Source: a virus
Lineage: Duplodnaviria > Caudoviricetes
DNA length: 64,000 bases
Reading direction: 5' to 3' (one strand)
IMG/VR virus record: IMGVR_UViG_2706794555_000001
Location: 1 to 64,000 of that record
Positions 54,672 to 64,000 of this stretch are shown piece after piece. The notes beneath the pieces are model-generated. The model was not told the DNA's origin. It saw nothing but the letters and a program-made list of their open reading frames with translations, and searched no databases. The first letter of the stretch is position 1. Every line of letters starts with the position of its first letter. The position numbers were made by a program, and so were the translations under genes.

Positions 54672-55925
54672 TTGTCCGGCGCGGTCGCGGGCCAGCCGTA
54701 CGTGCTCTACCTCAACTTCTACAACGAGGAGTCAGGAACCCTCACCGACCCCACCAACGTCACCCTCGACATCACGTACGGCTCCGAGATCGGATTCGTG
54801 CCCGACACGGCGGGCCCGTTCACCTACCAGGGGGCGTCCAGTCCGACGCCGGGCCAGGTGTGGCGCACGGGGGTGGGCCAGTACGCGTGCACGTGGTACA
54901 TCCCCGCCAGCACCGCGCAGGGCGTCTACGTCGCGAACTGGACGTGCCCGTACGGCCCCGATGTGTTCCTCGGCGTCGAAAACTTCCCCGTCGCGGGAGG
55001 CTTCCAGCCGTCCGCCCCGGCGCGCGACACCGGCTACTGGACCGGCGGCCTGATCTACGGCGCCGCGGGGCTCGACATCGAGTTCGGGCAGGTCGACGCG
55101 AACGGCATCTGCTGGCTATGGCAGAAGCTGGAGGGCTGGGACGGCCCGGACGTGCAGGGCGCCGGGGTCATCGCCCGCTCGGGCGACCACGGCGCGTGGG
55201 CGTCCCCGCAGTACTACGCGGCCCGCCAGTTGACGCTGACGGTCACCGCGTCGGCGCCCACCCAGGCGCTGCGGGACACCGCCCGGGCGCTGCTGCAGCA
55301 GGCGGTGCCGATCTCCGACCTGGCGAAACTGCGCTACGACGAGCCGGTCCCGAAGTTCGCGTGGGTACGGCGCTCCGGCAAGGTCACCGAGGCGTACCCG
55401 ACATTGGGTGATGTCACGTTCACGATCGGCCTGGTGGCGCCCGACCCGCGCAAGTACGCGGTGACGCAGCGCTCTCTGGCTATCGGCCTGACTCCGGCCG
55501 GTGTCGGCGGCGGCATGATCGAGCCGTTCACCGTCCCGTTCACCCTGCAAGCCGCCGCCGCACCCGGCGCCGCAACAGCCACCAACGGCGGGAACTTCCA
55601 GACCCCGGCGGTGGCCGTGATGACGGGGCCGGTGGTCGCGCCGACGCTGTCGAACACCACCACCGGGCAGACCGTGTCCTGGTCCACCCTGTCGCTCGCC
55701 GCAGGGCAGGTCCTGGTCGTGGACTTCCTGAACAAACAGGGATACGTCAACCCGACCATGACGTCCACCAGCCCCGGCATTCCCTCCACCGGCGGCACGT
55801 ACTGGCCCGCCGACGCCGCGTCCAGCTGGTGGCAACTGGCACCGGGCAGCAACCAGGTGCAGTTCGGCGGCATCGCCGCCAGCGGAGCCACCGTCACGTA
55901 CTACTGGGCCGATTCGTGGGTCTGA
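54672..55925 (+). CDS. Distal tail (Dit-like) protein
   Basis: Follows tape measure; LEGWD, LVAPDPRKY, WWQLAPGSN. Confidence 0.8.
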   Translation: MSGAVAGQPYVLYLNFYNEESGTLTDPTNVTLDITYGSEIGFVPDTAGPFTYQGASSPTPGQVWRTGVGQYACTWYIPASTAQGVYVANWTCPYGPDVFLGVENFPVAGGFQPSAPARDTGYWTGGLIYGAAGLDIEFGQVDANGICWLWQKLEGWDGPDVQGAGVIARSGDHGAWASPQYYAARQLTLTVTASAPTQALRDTARALLQQAVPISDLAKLRYDEPVPKFAWVRRSGKVTEAYPTLGDVTFTIGLVAPDPRKYAVTQRSLAIGLTPAGVGGGMIEPFTVPFTLQAAAAPGAATATNGGNFQTPAVAVMTGPVVAPTLSNTTTGQTVSWSTLSLAAGQVLVVDFLNKQGYVNPTMTSTSPGIPSTGGTYWPADAASSWWQLAPGSNQVQFGGIAASGATVTYYWADSWV

Positions 55926-55941
55926 AAAGAGGACTGCTGCT

Positions 55942-57024
55942 GTGACGACCTCGGTGACCACGAGCCTGCCGCTGTGGCTCACAGGCTGCACGTACGACGC
56001 CAACGGCGGCAACGACCTCCGCAACTCCGGCGTCAGCGCCTACTTCTACGACCAGGGCATCGTCACGGGCACCAGCATCGGGCTGCTCGCCGGCGTGGTG
56101 GGCGGCGCCGGCCTGCAGGCGACGGCGGGGACCGGTATGACGGTGCTGGTGCAGCCGGGTTCGTTCGTGGTGCCGAACTCGGCGACGCCGACGGCCGGGG
56201 GTTATGCGTCGACGCTGTCCACGCAGGCGACGCTGACGGTGCAGACGGCGGATCCGTCGAATCCGCGGATCGACATTGTGGTGGCGAACGTTGTCGACAA
56301 CGGCAACAGCACTTCGTTCGGGCAGGTGCAGATCCTCACGGGGACTGCGGCGCCGTCGCCTTCCGCGCCGGGTGCACCGGCGAACTCCCTGATCCTGGCT
56401 CAGTTGTCGGTGCCTGCGGGGACGAGTTCGATGACCGGTGGCCTGGTCACGGACAAGCGAAGTTTCACGACGACGACTGGCGGGGTGCTGGTCGCGCCGA
56501 AGGGCTCGGCGACGGGCTACGTAGGTCAGGTCGCGTACGACGGTGCGAGCGGGTCGTTCTACCACAACACGAACGTGGGCGGTGCGCAGCAGCTCAAGGT
56601 GCTGCCGTGGCCGCCGCAGACCCTGTTCAAGACGTCGCCGACGATTTCGACGAGCGGCTCGGTCGTCACGGTGCTGTCGACGACGATCACCGTGGACGGC
56701 AGCACCGACATTTCGATCTACGTGAAGGCCACCGGCCTGGCCATGCTGGCCAGTCACGGCGAGTTCGGCGCGAACCTGCAGGCCATGGTCGACGGCAGCC
56801 TGATAGACCAGATGGTGGTGCTGAACACGGCCTCGGACGGGGTGGTGCGCGGCGGCGGCTCGTTCACCGCCTACACCTCGGCGTCGCAGGGCACGACACC
56901 GTCGGCGGGCACGCACACCGTGTCCTTCAAGTTGCAGGGCATCGACTCGTCGGGGGTCCAGGTGACCCTGTATGCGTCCAGCGGGTCGCCGTCGGTGATG
57001 CGGGTCTCCCCGGTCGTGCTCTGA
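55942..57024 (+). CDS. Minor tail protein
   Basis: GMTVLVQPG...ADPSNPRIDIVV...GTAAPSPSAP..LAQ. Confidence 0.75.
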   Translation: MTTSVTTSLPLWLTGCTYDANGGNDLRNSGVSAYFYDQGIVTGTSIGLLAGVVGGAGLQATAGTGMTVLVQPGSFVVPNSATPTAGGYASTLSTQATLTVQTADPSNPRIDIVVANVVDNGNSTSFGQVQILTGTAAPSPSAPGAPANSLILAQLSVPAGTSSMTGGLVTDKRSFTTTTGGVLVAPKGSATGYVGQVAYDGASGSFYHNTNVGGAQQLKVLPWPPQTLFKTSPTISTSGSVVTVLSTTITVDGSTDISIYVKATGLAMLASHGEFGANLQAMVDGSLIDQMVVLNTASDGVVRGGGSFTAYTSASQGTTPSAGTHTVSFKLQGIDSSGVQVTLYASSGSPSVMRVSPVVL

Positions 57025-58232
57025 TGGCCACGTACACGTATGTGGCCACCGACCTGGTGTCGGGCCGGGTCCTCGCGGACTCGCTGCCGCTGACGGTGCA
57101 GTCGTTCGGGATGCAGCTCAACGGCAACGGGTCCCTGTCGGGGTCGCTGGCCCTCAACGAGCTGTACTCCGTGAACGGCCCGGCGGTCGCCGCCCTGGAG
57201 TGCCGCCGCTGCGTCCTGTGGGTGCTGCAGGACGGCTACCCGGTGTGGGCCGGGGTGGTGTGGGACTGGCCGGACATGTCCCGCCAGTCGGGGACGCTGC
57301 CGATCAGCGCGCAGACCCTGGACAGCATCTGGTCACACCGCCTGATCACGGACACGCTGGAGTATCCACAGGTCGACCTGTTTCAGGCGTTCATCGACCT
57401 GGTGCGCTACGGCATGAGCAAACAGTCGTCGTACATCGAGGTGGGGGTGTCACCGCCGGCGACCCGCAACGCCGCCTACCTCGCGCTCGTTGCTGCGACC
57501 GGCGGTGTGGCGCGCCTGGTGGTGCCGTCGGGTCCGGCGGCGTTCTCGGGGATTCCGTGGACGGCGTCGTACACCTATTCGGATCTCACGCAGGTCTCCA
57601 GTACGTGGCAGGACATGTGCGCGTCGGGGAACCTGGAGTACGCGTTCGTGCCCGGCCTGGACTCCACGGGCAACCTGGCGGTGTTCCTGCGGCTGGCGTA
57701 CTTGCAGATGGGTCGCACCGCCGCCGCGTCGGGCTACACACTGACGTATCCGGGCAACGTCCTGGACTACGGCTACCAGCGCACCGGATCGCAGAGCAGC
57801 AACCTGGTGTGGGCGACCGCCCCACCGAACGGCGGACCCCTGCAGTGGCAGTCGCAGTACCCGCACGGCGCGGACCTGCCGGATTTGGACGCCGGGTATC
57901 CGCTGATGGAGTCGACGGTGACGTGGCAGGGCTCGGTGGTGCGGTCGCAGGCGCAGGTCGACGCGTTCGCCGACGGGCAGGTCGTGCTGCGGTCGCAGGC
58001 GATGACGCTGCCGACGATCAACGTGGGTGGCGGCGGTCATCCGATGCTGCGCGACATTGTGCTGGGCGACACCACGACCCTGATGGCGACGTCGCCGTTG
58101 CATCCGCCGCGGTCCGACGGTTCGCCCGGGTTGCAGCAGCAGGTGCGGGTTGTGGGCTGGACCTGCTATCCGCCGGGCCCTCAGCAGTCTGAGTACACCC
58201 AGTTGTCGACGAGCGCCGCGATTGTCGGCTAG
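57024..58232 (+). CDS. Minor tail/baseplate hub protein
   Basis: YTYVATDL..G, PVWAG.VW, YPGNVLDY, GYPL.E. Confidence 0.75.
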   Translation: MATYTYVATDLVSGRVLADSLPLTVQSFGMQLNGNGSLSGSLALNELYSVNGPAVAALECRRCVLWVLQDGYPVWAGVVWDWPDMSRQSGTLPISAQTLDSIWSHRLITDTLEYPQVDLFQAFIDLVRYGMSKQSSYIEVGVSPPATRNAAYLALVAATGGVARLVVPSGPAAFSGIPWTASYTYSDLTQVSSTWQDMCASGNLEYAFVPGLDSTGNLAVFLRLAYLQMGRTAAASGYTLTYPGNVLDYGYQRTGSQSSNLVWATAPPNGGPLQWQSQYPHGADLPDLDAGYPLMESTVTWQGSVVRSQAQVDAFADGQVVLRSQAMTLPTINVGGGGHPMLRDIVLGDTTTLMATSPLHPPRSDGSPGLQQQVRVVGWTCYPPGPQQSEYTQLSTSAAIVG

Positions 58233-58240
58233 GGGGCACG

Positions 58241-58546
58241 GTGGCGCTGTATCCGCGTTCGATCCAGGACCGGTTCGCGGCCACGGTCGCGGACATGCTG
58301 CGCCGCCTGCGTGTCCTGGAGTCGCGTACCGCGTGCATCGATTCGGGGTTTCCGCTGGCGGCGCTGCCTGCGGTGATCGACCCGGCGTACACCTCGGGCG
58401 ACCCGAGTGTGCTCATCAACGGGGCGACGACTCTGTCCGGGCCCTACCAGCATGTTGCCGCCTACACGCCGGTGGCGTCCGATGCGGTGCTGGTGCTGCC
58501 GGTGGGTGCCACACAGACCTATGTGATCTTGGGGAAGTTGACATGA
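58241..58546 (+). CDS. Small minor tail protein
   Basis: YTPVASDAVLVLPVG..YVILGK. Confidence 0.7.
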   Translation: MALYPRSIQDRFAATVADMLRRLRVLESRTACIDSGFPLAALPAVIDPAYTSGDPSVLINGATTLSGPYQHVAAYTPVASDAVLVLPVGATQTYVILGKLT

Positions 58547-60018
58547 CGGCAAGCACGTTCGGGGCGCAGAGCAAAGTCAGCAAGACGGGGGACACGATGA
58601 CCGGCCCACTGGTACTGCCCGCGATACAGGTGACGACGGGCCCGGCAATGGGCAGCGTGCTGACGTCCGACGCGGCGGGCAACACGTCCTGGCAGGCCGC
58701 CGACACGGTACCCGTCACCGCGTACCACGCCGACCCGACCGGTGCCACGGACTCGACCACTGCGATCCAGAACGCCGTGAACGCCGCCGTCGGACCGGTG
58801 TACTTCCCGCCCGGCACCTACCTGATCAGTGCGGCGATCACCCTGCCCGACAAGGCCGTGCTCGTGGGTGCCGGGTCCGGCACCTACACGCACGACACCG
58901 GCGCCATGGTGTCGATCATCAAGTTGGCCAACGGCGCGAACTCCAGCATGTTCACGATCCCGACCGGCCACGGCTCCGGCCGGATCACGGACCTGCAGCT
59001 GAACGGCAACAAGGCCAACCAGACGGGTGGCGGCTCGGCGATCCTGTTCACCGCCGGGAGTTCCGCCGAGGAAGCCCAGTGGCACCTGACACGGCTGTAC
59101 GTCCACGACGCGTTCAGTTCGGGCATCGAAACGCAGCAGTTCCGCCAGAACAACAAGATCACCGAGTGTGTGGTGTACAACTGCGGCGGCTACGGCGTCA
59201 ACTGCTCCGGCTCGGACAGCCTCGTCGCGAACTGCACCATCGGCCAGAACACCCTCGACGGCATCCTCACCAGTTTCGTCACCCACGTCCAGGGCTGCGA
59301 CGTGTGGGGCAACCGCACCGGCATCAACGTCCCCGCCGCCATACGCGGCGTGGAGATCAGCAACTGCGGCGTGGACCGCAACCTGCAGCACGGCATCTAC
59401 ATCGCCGGATCCAGCGTCGACGTGGTCGCGTGCACGCTGCACAGCAACGGGCAGGCCGCGAACAACACCTACGGGTCGATCACCGTCGACGACACGTTCG
59501 GGGCCGTCGACTCGGTCACGATCGGGCACTGCAATTTCTGGCTCGACGCCGGGTACACGAACCTGCCGAACTACCACATCGAGCTGAAGACGGTCACGTC
59601 GCTGGCGCAGGTCACGGTGTGTTCGTTCAAGTCGGGCAGCTACGCCAGCGGAACGATCAACACCCCGGCCCAGGCCGCAGTGACACTACCCGGCGTGGTG
59701 TCCACGGGCCTGCTGTCGGCGAACGGCGGCACCACCACCGCCGGGTCCGCGCCCACGCTGACGCCGACGTTCGCGAACGGCACCGCCGCGCAACTGTCGG
59801 ACACAACCCGCGACTACATGGTGTACCTGACGGTCGGCACCGCGGGCACGGCGAACACGCTGGCGATCGGCCCGACCAGCACCCCGTCCCACACCCTGAT
59901 CAGCAGCTCCACGGCGACGGCGGGCCAGATGATGGTCGTGCGCCTGCCTGCCGGCTGGTTCCTGAAGTGGTCCGCGACGACGGCGACCCTGGCGACGCAG
60001 ACCGCGGTCGGCTGCTGA
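58543..60018 (+). CDS. Tailspike with right-handed beta-helix (pectate-lyase-like)
   Basis: ADPTGATDSTTAIQNA..VYFPPGTY; repeated N..GI beta-helix rungs. Confidence 0.85.
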   Translation: MTASTFGAQSKVSKTGDTMTGPLVLPAIQVTTGPAMGSVLTSDAAGNTSWQAADTVPVTAYHADPTGATDSTTAIQNAVNAAVGPVYFPPGTYLISAAITLPDKAVLVGAGSGTYTHDTGAMVSIIKLANGANSSMFTIPTGHGSGRITDLQLNGNKANQTGGGSAILFTAGSSAEEAQWHLTRLYVHDAFSSGIETQQFRQNNKITECVVYNCGGYGVNCSGSDSLVANCTIGQNTLDGILTSFVTHVQGCDVWGNRTGINVPAAIRGVEISNCGVDRNLQHGIYIAGSSVDVVACTLHSNGQAANNTYGSITVDDTFGAVDSVTIGHCNFWLDAGYTNLPNYHIELKTVTSLAQVTVCSFKSGSYASGTINTPAQAAVTLPGVVSTGLLSANGGTTTAGSAPTLTPTFANGTAAQLSDTTRDYMVYLTVGTAGTANTLAIGPTSTPSHTLISSSTATAGQMMVVRLPAGWFLKWSATTATLATQTAVGC

Positions 60019-60066
60019 CGACCCTGCCGTGTCTGAGCGGGCTGGCACCACAAGCGAGGGGGCGAA

Positions 60067-60435
60067 GTGGCCGATGACCCCACGGCTAATGAAGTCGCCT
60101 GGCGGTTGCAGAACCACGAGCAGCGCACGGACCGGATCCACGGCGAGCTCGACACCAGGATCACGAACCTGGCCCGCGACACCGTGTCGACGACGGCGTT
60201 CGCGGAGGCGCAGCGGATCCGGGACGTTGAGGCACAGCGCCTGGAGCGGGAGCACGACGAGGACCTGCGCCAGTTGCGGGACGACGTCATCAAGCCTCTG
60301 CGGGACGACGTGGAGACGCTGAAGAAACGCCCCGGGATGACGCGCCGGGAGCTGTGGCTGGTCCTGGGCGTGGTGGTCGGCTTCATCGGGGTCGTCGTGA
60401 CCGCGTGGGCAGCGTCGAAGGGGGCGGGTAAGTGA
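60067..60435 (+). CDS. Coiled-coil protein with C-terminal TM
   Basis: Typical actinophage lysis-region membrane protein. Confidence 0.7.
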   Translation: MADDPTANEVAWRLQNHEQRTDRIHGELDTRITNLARDTVSTTAFAEAQRIRDVEAQRLEREHDEDLRQLRDDVIKPLRDDVETLKKRPGMTRRELWLVLGVVVGFIGVVVTAWAASKGAGK

Positions 60436-61235
60436 CAGGGGCCGCCGAGGATAAGCCGCGCTGGATGCCGCAGCTGCAGGCCCTGATTGCCGTCGTGGTG
60501 CTGTTGGGCTGCGCATATGTGGTGCTGCAACTGCTGTCGATGCGGTCGACGTTGAATTCGTATGAGCGGTCTCAGACCGCGCAGTCGACGGCGATCACGC
60601 AGCTGTCGACGGCCCTGGACAAGACCCGCACCCAGTTGCAGCAGCACGGCGTGACCCCGTCGGCCCCGCCCGCGACCACGATCGTCAAGAACGTCCCCGG
60701 AGCGACAGGCGCCGCCGGCCAGAGCGTCGTCGGACCGCAGGGACCGGCCGGCAAGGACGGTGTCAGCCCCGACCCGCAGGCGATCGCGGCCCTGGTCGCC
60801 ACGATGATCCACCCCTCGCCCGGTCCGTCCGGTCCTCCGGGGAAGGACTCAACCGTGCCTGGGCCGCAGGGTGTTCCCGGGCCGGCGTCGACCGTGGCCG
60901 GCCCCCAGGGGGCGCAAGGCGTCCCGGGCAAGGACTCGACGGTTCCCGGGCCGCAGGGGGCCAAGGGAGATCCCGGGGCCGCTGGATCGCCGCCGTCGTC
61001 GTGGACGTGGATGTGGACCGATCCGTCGGGGACGACGCACACCTACACGTGCGTGCCGGATTCGCCTGGTGCGACGTCGTTCCACTGCCCGGAGTCGGGC
61101 ACCTCGACGCCGCCGTCCTCGCCGCCGCCCAGCCCGTCCCCGTCTCCGTCGCCGTCGACGTCGGCCGCGGCGCTGAAGCAGCAGTCGACCTCGAAGTCCC
61201 GCACGCCGTCGGCGACGGGGACTGGCCCGAGGTGA
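60432..61235 (+). CDS. Membrane-anchored collagen-like protein
   Basis: N-terminal TM, Gly-X-Y repeats (GPQG, GKDSTVPGPQG twice), C-terminal Cys pair. Confidence 0.85.
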   Translation: MTGAAEDKPRWMPQLQALIAVVVLLGCAYVVLQLLSMRSTLNSYERSQTAQSTAITQLSTALDKTRTQLQQHGVTPSAPPATTIVKNVPGATGAAGQSVVGPQGPAGKDGVSPDPQAIAALVATMIHPSPGPSGPPGKDSTVPGPQGVPGPASTVAGPQGAQGVPGKDSTVPGPQGAKGDPGAAGSPPSSWTWMWTDPSGTTHTYTCVPDSPGATSFHCPESGTSTPPSSPPPSPSPSPSPSTSAAALKQQSTSKSRTPSATGTGPR

Positions 61236-61687
61236 GGAGCAGCGTGACTCGTCTTCGCCGTTTCACCCGGCCTGCGATTTTCGGCTTGTCGGACGGCATG
61301 ATGTCGCTGATCGGCGTGCTCCTGTACCTGCTGGGCCACCAGAATCTGATCTTTCCGGCCGCACTGTCGGGTGCGATCAGTTCGGCGCTGTCGATGGCGG
61401 GCGGCGAGTGGCTGTCGGAGTCCGACAGCGGGCTCGGGGCGTCGTGCGTCATGGGCGCCGCAACGGGCTTCGGGGCGGTACTGCCCGCCCTTCCGTATGC
61501 GGTGGCGACGGGCACGGCAGCGCTGGTGTCGTCGGTGGTGATCTGCGCGGGCATCGGCGTTCTCGTCGCCCTGATGCGCACCGGCCGCAGCCGACTGCGG
61601 GCGCTGGCGGAGACCGGCGCGGTACTCGCCCTGATTTTCGCGGTCGTGCTGATGTGCGGCCTGTTCCTGCCCGGGAGCGCGGCATGA
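61232..61687 (+). CDS. Compact VIT1/CCC1-family membrane protein
   Basis: IFGLSDG...ALSMAGGEWLS...GAVLPALPY; about 5 TM segments. Confidence 0.75.
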   Translation: MRSSVTRLRRFTRPAIFGLSDGMMSLIGVLLYLLGHQNLIFPAALSGAISSALSMAGGEWLSESDSGLGASCVMGAATGFGAVLPALPYAVATGTAALVSSVVICAGIGVLVALMRTGRSRLRALAETGAVLALIFAVVLMCGLFLPGSAA

Positions 61688-61705
61688 AGAGAAAGGCGGC
61701 CAACG

Positions 61706-62137
61706 GTGGTTGAGACAGGCAGGCACCTGTGGGCTCGGCACCCCCACGTGCGCACCGGCACGGAACTGTCGATCGGAGAGCGCGCCGCCGACGGACTGAA
61801 GCACTGGTTCGGCACCTGGACGATGCTCGGTTTCATCATCGCCTCCATCGGGGTGTGGATGGCGCTTGTGGTTGACCCTGGGGAGCTGAAGCTGAACCTG
61901 GGGTTGAGCTTCGTGGCCTCTGTGCAGGGCGTGGTCCTGCAGATCGCGGCGAACCGCGGCGACCGCATCAACAGCGAGTTGGCGCTGCACACGTTCCAGA
62001 ACGGCGAGCAGTTGCTGGAGATCAACCGGCAGCAGTCGGAGATCCTCGCAAAGCTGGCCGACACGCGCCAGCAGGTCGCCGAGCTCCACGCCTGGCACCT
62101 TCAGGGGAAGCTCCCGCCGGACACCCTCCAGCCCTGA
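61706..62137 (+). CDS. DUF1003-family membrane protein
   Basis: LSIGERAAD...FGTW...LNLGLS..ASVQG....AANR. Confidence 0.75.
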   Translation: MVETGRHLWARHPHVRTGTELSIGERAADGLKHWFGTWTMLGFIIASIGVWMALVVDPGELKLNLGLSFVASVQGVVLQIAANRGDRINSELALHTFQNGEQLLEINRQQSEILAKLADTRQQVAELHAWHLQGKLPPDTLQP

Positions 62138-62209
62138 CCCTTTCCCCTTCCGCCCCCGCGCCACCGCCCGGGGGCTTCGTCTTGCTCACCCTCACCCTGG
62201 AGGCCGTTG

Positions 62210-62662
62210 ATGGCCGCACCCGTACCGGACCATGTCGTCGTCGCGCACGACCAGGCCGAGTCTCACCGCTACACCGTTCACTACCCGGAGCACGGTTCGC
62301 GCCCGGGCGACCCGCACTACCGGGACTTCAACCACTACCACCAGGCCACGAAGCACGACCCCGAGGTGTACCAGTGCGCGGTCGGGAAGCGGCGCGGTGA
62401 CTTCGCGGACTGCGTCCTGGACAAGCCGCTGGAGTTGCATCACACGCACATCGAGTGGGCGCTGCAGAACGAGGTCGACCTGGCTGCGCTGGAGCGCCAG
62501 TACCCGGGTGTGTCGACGCCGGACGAGGTCGGGGCGTGGGTTGAGACAGCGGCCAACCTGGAGTGGCTCTGCCAGTTCCACCATCGCGGGCACGGCGGCG
62601 CGCATGTCGCGTCTGCCTCCGATTTTGAAGGTCAGCACTTCGTGAAGGGGCTGATCTCGTGA
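62210..62662 (+). CDS. His-rich HNH-like protein
   Basis: LELHH.HIE...NLEWLCQFHHRG..GAH. Confidence 0.6.
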   Translation: MAAPVPDHVVVAHDQAESHRYTVHYPEHGSRPGDPHYRDFNHYHQATKHDPEVYQCAVGKRRGDFADCVLDKPLELHHTHIEWALQNEVDLAALERQYPGVSTPDEVGAWVETAANLEWLCQFHHRGHGGAHVASASDFEGQHFVKGLIS

Positions 62663-63552
62663 CTGCCGAGCTCGGCGTAGACATCGCGTGGGCGCGCCCG
62701 ACGGTGGCCCAGATCCAGGCGACCGGCGCGAAGTGGGTCGCCCGCTACTTCTCCACGGACTCGTCGAAGAACCTGACCCCGTCGGAGGTCCACGCCTACT
62801 CGGCGGCCGGTCTGGGCACGGTGGTGGTCTGGGAGACGACGACGGGCCGGGCGACGCAGGGCTATGCGGCTGGCGTGTCGGATGCGCGGGCGGCTGAGTC
62901 TCAGCGGCAGACGGACGGGCTGCCGTCGAACATGCCGATCTACTTCGCCGTCGACGAGGACACCAGCTGGTCGTCGGTCGCGCAGTACTTCGCCGGTGCG
63001 GCCTCGGTCGTGGGCAGGGCCCTGACCGGCGTCTACGGCGGCTTCACGGTGATCGAGGGCGCTCACACCGCGGGCTACACCTACCTGTGGCAGACCGTCG
63101 CCTGGTCGGGCGGCCGGTGGTCGTCGCACGCCTCGATCCGTCAGACCGGCGCCATCGTCCTCGGCGGCAACGCGGACATCGACTACGCGGAGACGGCCGA
63201 CTTCGGCGAGTACCCGCGGCCCATCACCCCCACCCCGACTCCTCCGGAGGACGTTGTGACACCCCAGGACAAGCAGGACATCATCGACGGCGTCGCCGCG
63301 AAGCTGGAGTCGGGTTCGACCGGCGGCCAGTTCGACCGGGACCGCATGGCAGGCGCCACGGTGTACTGGCTGCGCCGCGCCCTGGACCCGTCGATCCCGC
63401 TGCCGACGGGCAAGGACCTGCCGTCGGTAGTGGGTGAGGTGGCGGCTCTGCGGGCCACGCTGGCGGCGGAGCGGGCGGCTGCCGCGGCGCAGATCGCGAC
63501 GCTGGAGAAGGCGGTCGCGGCGCTGACGCCTGCGCCCGTGAAGACGAAGTGA
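62659..63552 (+). CDS. Endolysin, DUF1906 glycoside hydrolase
   Basis: VARYFS...KNLT..E...VVWE...IYFAVD...GVYGG...WQTVAWSGG. Confidence 0.88.
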   Translation: MTAELGVDIAWARPTVAQIQATGAKWVARYFSTDSSKNLTPSEVHAYSAAGLGTVVVWETTTGRATQGYAAGVSDARAAESQRQTDGLPSNMPIYFAVDEDTSWSSVAQYFAGAASVVGRALTGVYGGFTVIEGAHTAGYTYLWQTVAWSGGRWSSHASIRQTGAIVLGGNADIDYAETADFGEYPRPITPTPTPPEDVVTPQDKQDIIDGVAAKLESGSTGGQFDRDRMAGATVYWLRRALDPSIPLPTGKDLPSVVGEVAALRATLAAERAAAAAQIATLEKAVAALTPAPVKTK

Positions 63553-64000
63553 CCGCGCCGGTTCTGCCAGGCGACTTCGGCCTGATCCCCGTCTCGGGCG
63601 TGGGCGGCGGGGCGCTTCGCGTGGCGGAGTTCCTGGACGAGGTGGCGCAGGGACATTGGCGCAGCGCGGATCGGGACTCGCTGTACCGGCATGTCTTCCT
63701 GGTCGAGCGGGTGGACGCGGACGGGACGGTGCACGCCTTGGAGGCGTGGCCGGGCGGCGCGCGCCGGAACACCTACCGACTGGACGACCCGCGCATCCTG
63801 TGGTCATCGGGCCACTTCGCTCTGACCCCGGAGCAGCGGCAGATCATCGTCGCCTGGGGTGTCGATCATCTCGGCGACGGCTACGCGTGGGACGTGTACC
63901 TGCGGCAGGCTGCTGTCCGGCTGCACGTCCCGTTCGCGGCGGCTGCGTTGAAGCGGCAGGTCGAGGACCGCAACGAGTACATCTGTTCGCAGTATCAAGA
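63549..64000 (+). CDS. YiiX/YebB-like permuted NlpC/P60 papain-fold protein (truncated by window end)
   Basis: PGDFGL...YRHVFL...LEAWPGG...GYAW..Y...ICSQ, His before Cys; not in ORF track because no stop codon. Confidence 0.7.
   Translation, partial: MTAPVLPGDFGLIPVSGVGGGALRVAEFLDEVAQGHWRSADRDSLYRHVFLVERVDADGTVHALEAWPGGARRNTYRLDDPRILWSSGHFALTPEQRQIIVAWGVDHLGDGYAWDVYLRQAAVRLHVPFAAAALKRQVEDRNEYICSQYQ

Larger units (their letters stand above)
1..64000. mobile_element. Temperate actinophage/prophage (siphovirus-like) carrying a conjugation module; both ends lie outside the window
   Basis: Terminase-portal-scaffold-capsid-tail-lysin order, Cro/repressor switch, replication genes, dense overlapping small ORFs; no host housekeeping genes. 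Confidence 0.95.

Noticed and set aside
58543-60018. Diversity-generating retroelement or invertible tail-fibre system
   Set aside because: No reverse transcriptase, invertase or TR/VR repeat pair seen between the two fibre genes.
60720-60990. Direct repeats in the collagen-like gene
   Set aside because: Consequence of Gly-X-Y coding.

Overview
The whole window is high-GC actinobacterial (Streptomyces/Kitasatospora-like) temperate siphophage or prophage DNA. No integrase, att site, tRNA, rRNA or CRISPR array is visible. Layout: (1) 1-11.4 kb, rightward early arm with a replication initiator, SLOG protein, sigma-like protein, C5 DNA methyltransferase and many small genes; (2) 11.4-22.5 kb, a converging leftward early arm with Cro, a second initiator carrying four palindromic iterons, DnaB, small genes and an orphan FxSxx-COOH RiPP-precursor-like peptide; (3) 22.7-25.1 kb, repressor and small morons; (4) 25.3-30.7 kb, a Streptomyces-type conjugation cassette (DUF2637 protein, FtsK/TraB translocase, Spd-like membrane proteins) with two dense intragenic TGCCA/TGGCA arrays; (5) 31-64 kb, late regulators, terminase, portal, capsid, tail, two free-standing homing endonucleases and lysis genes. 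Most notable: TraB transfer module plus candidate clt repeats inside an apparently intact virion-producing phage; an orphan phage-borne FxSxx-COOH peptide; tail tube and tape measure genes that appear to start at ATT and ATC; recoded 3' ends of structural genes next to homing endonucleases; two replication modules. All product calls come from motif recognition by eye; no database search was run.
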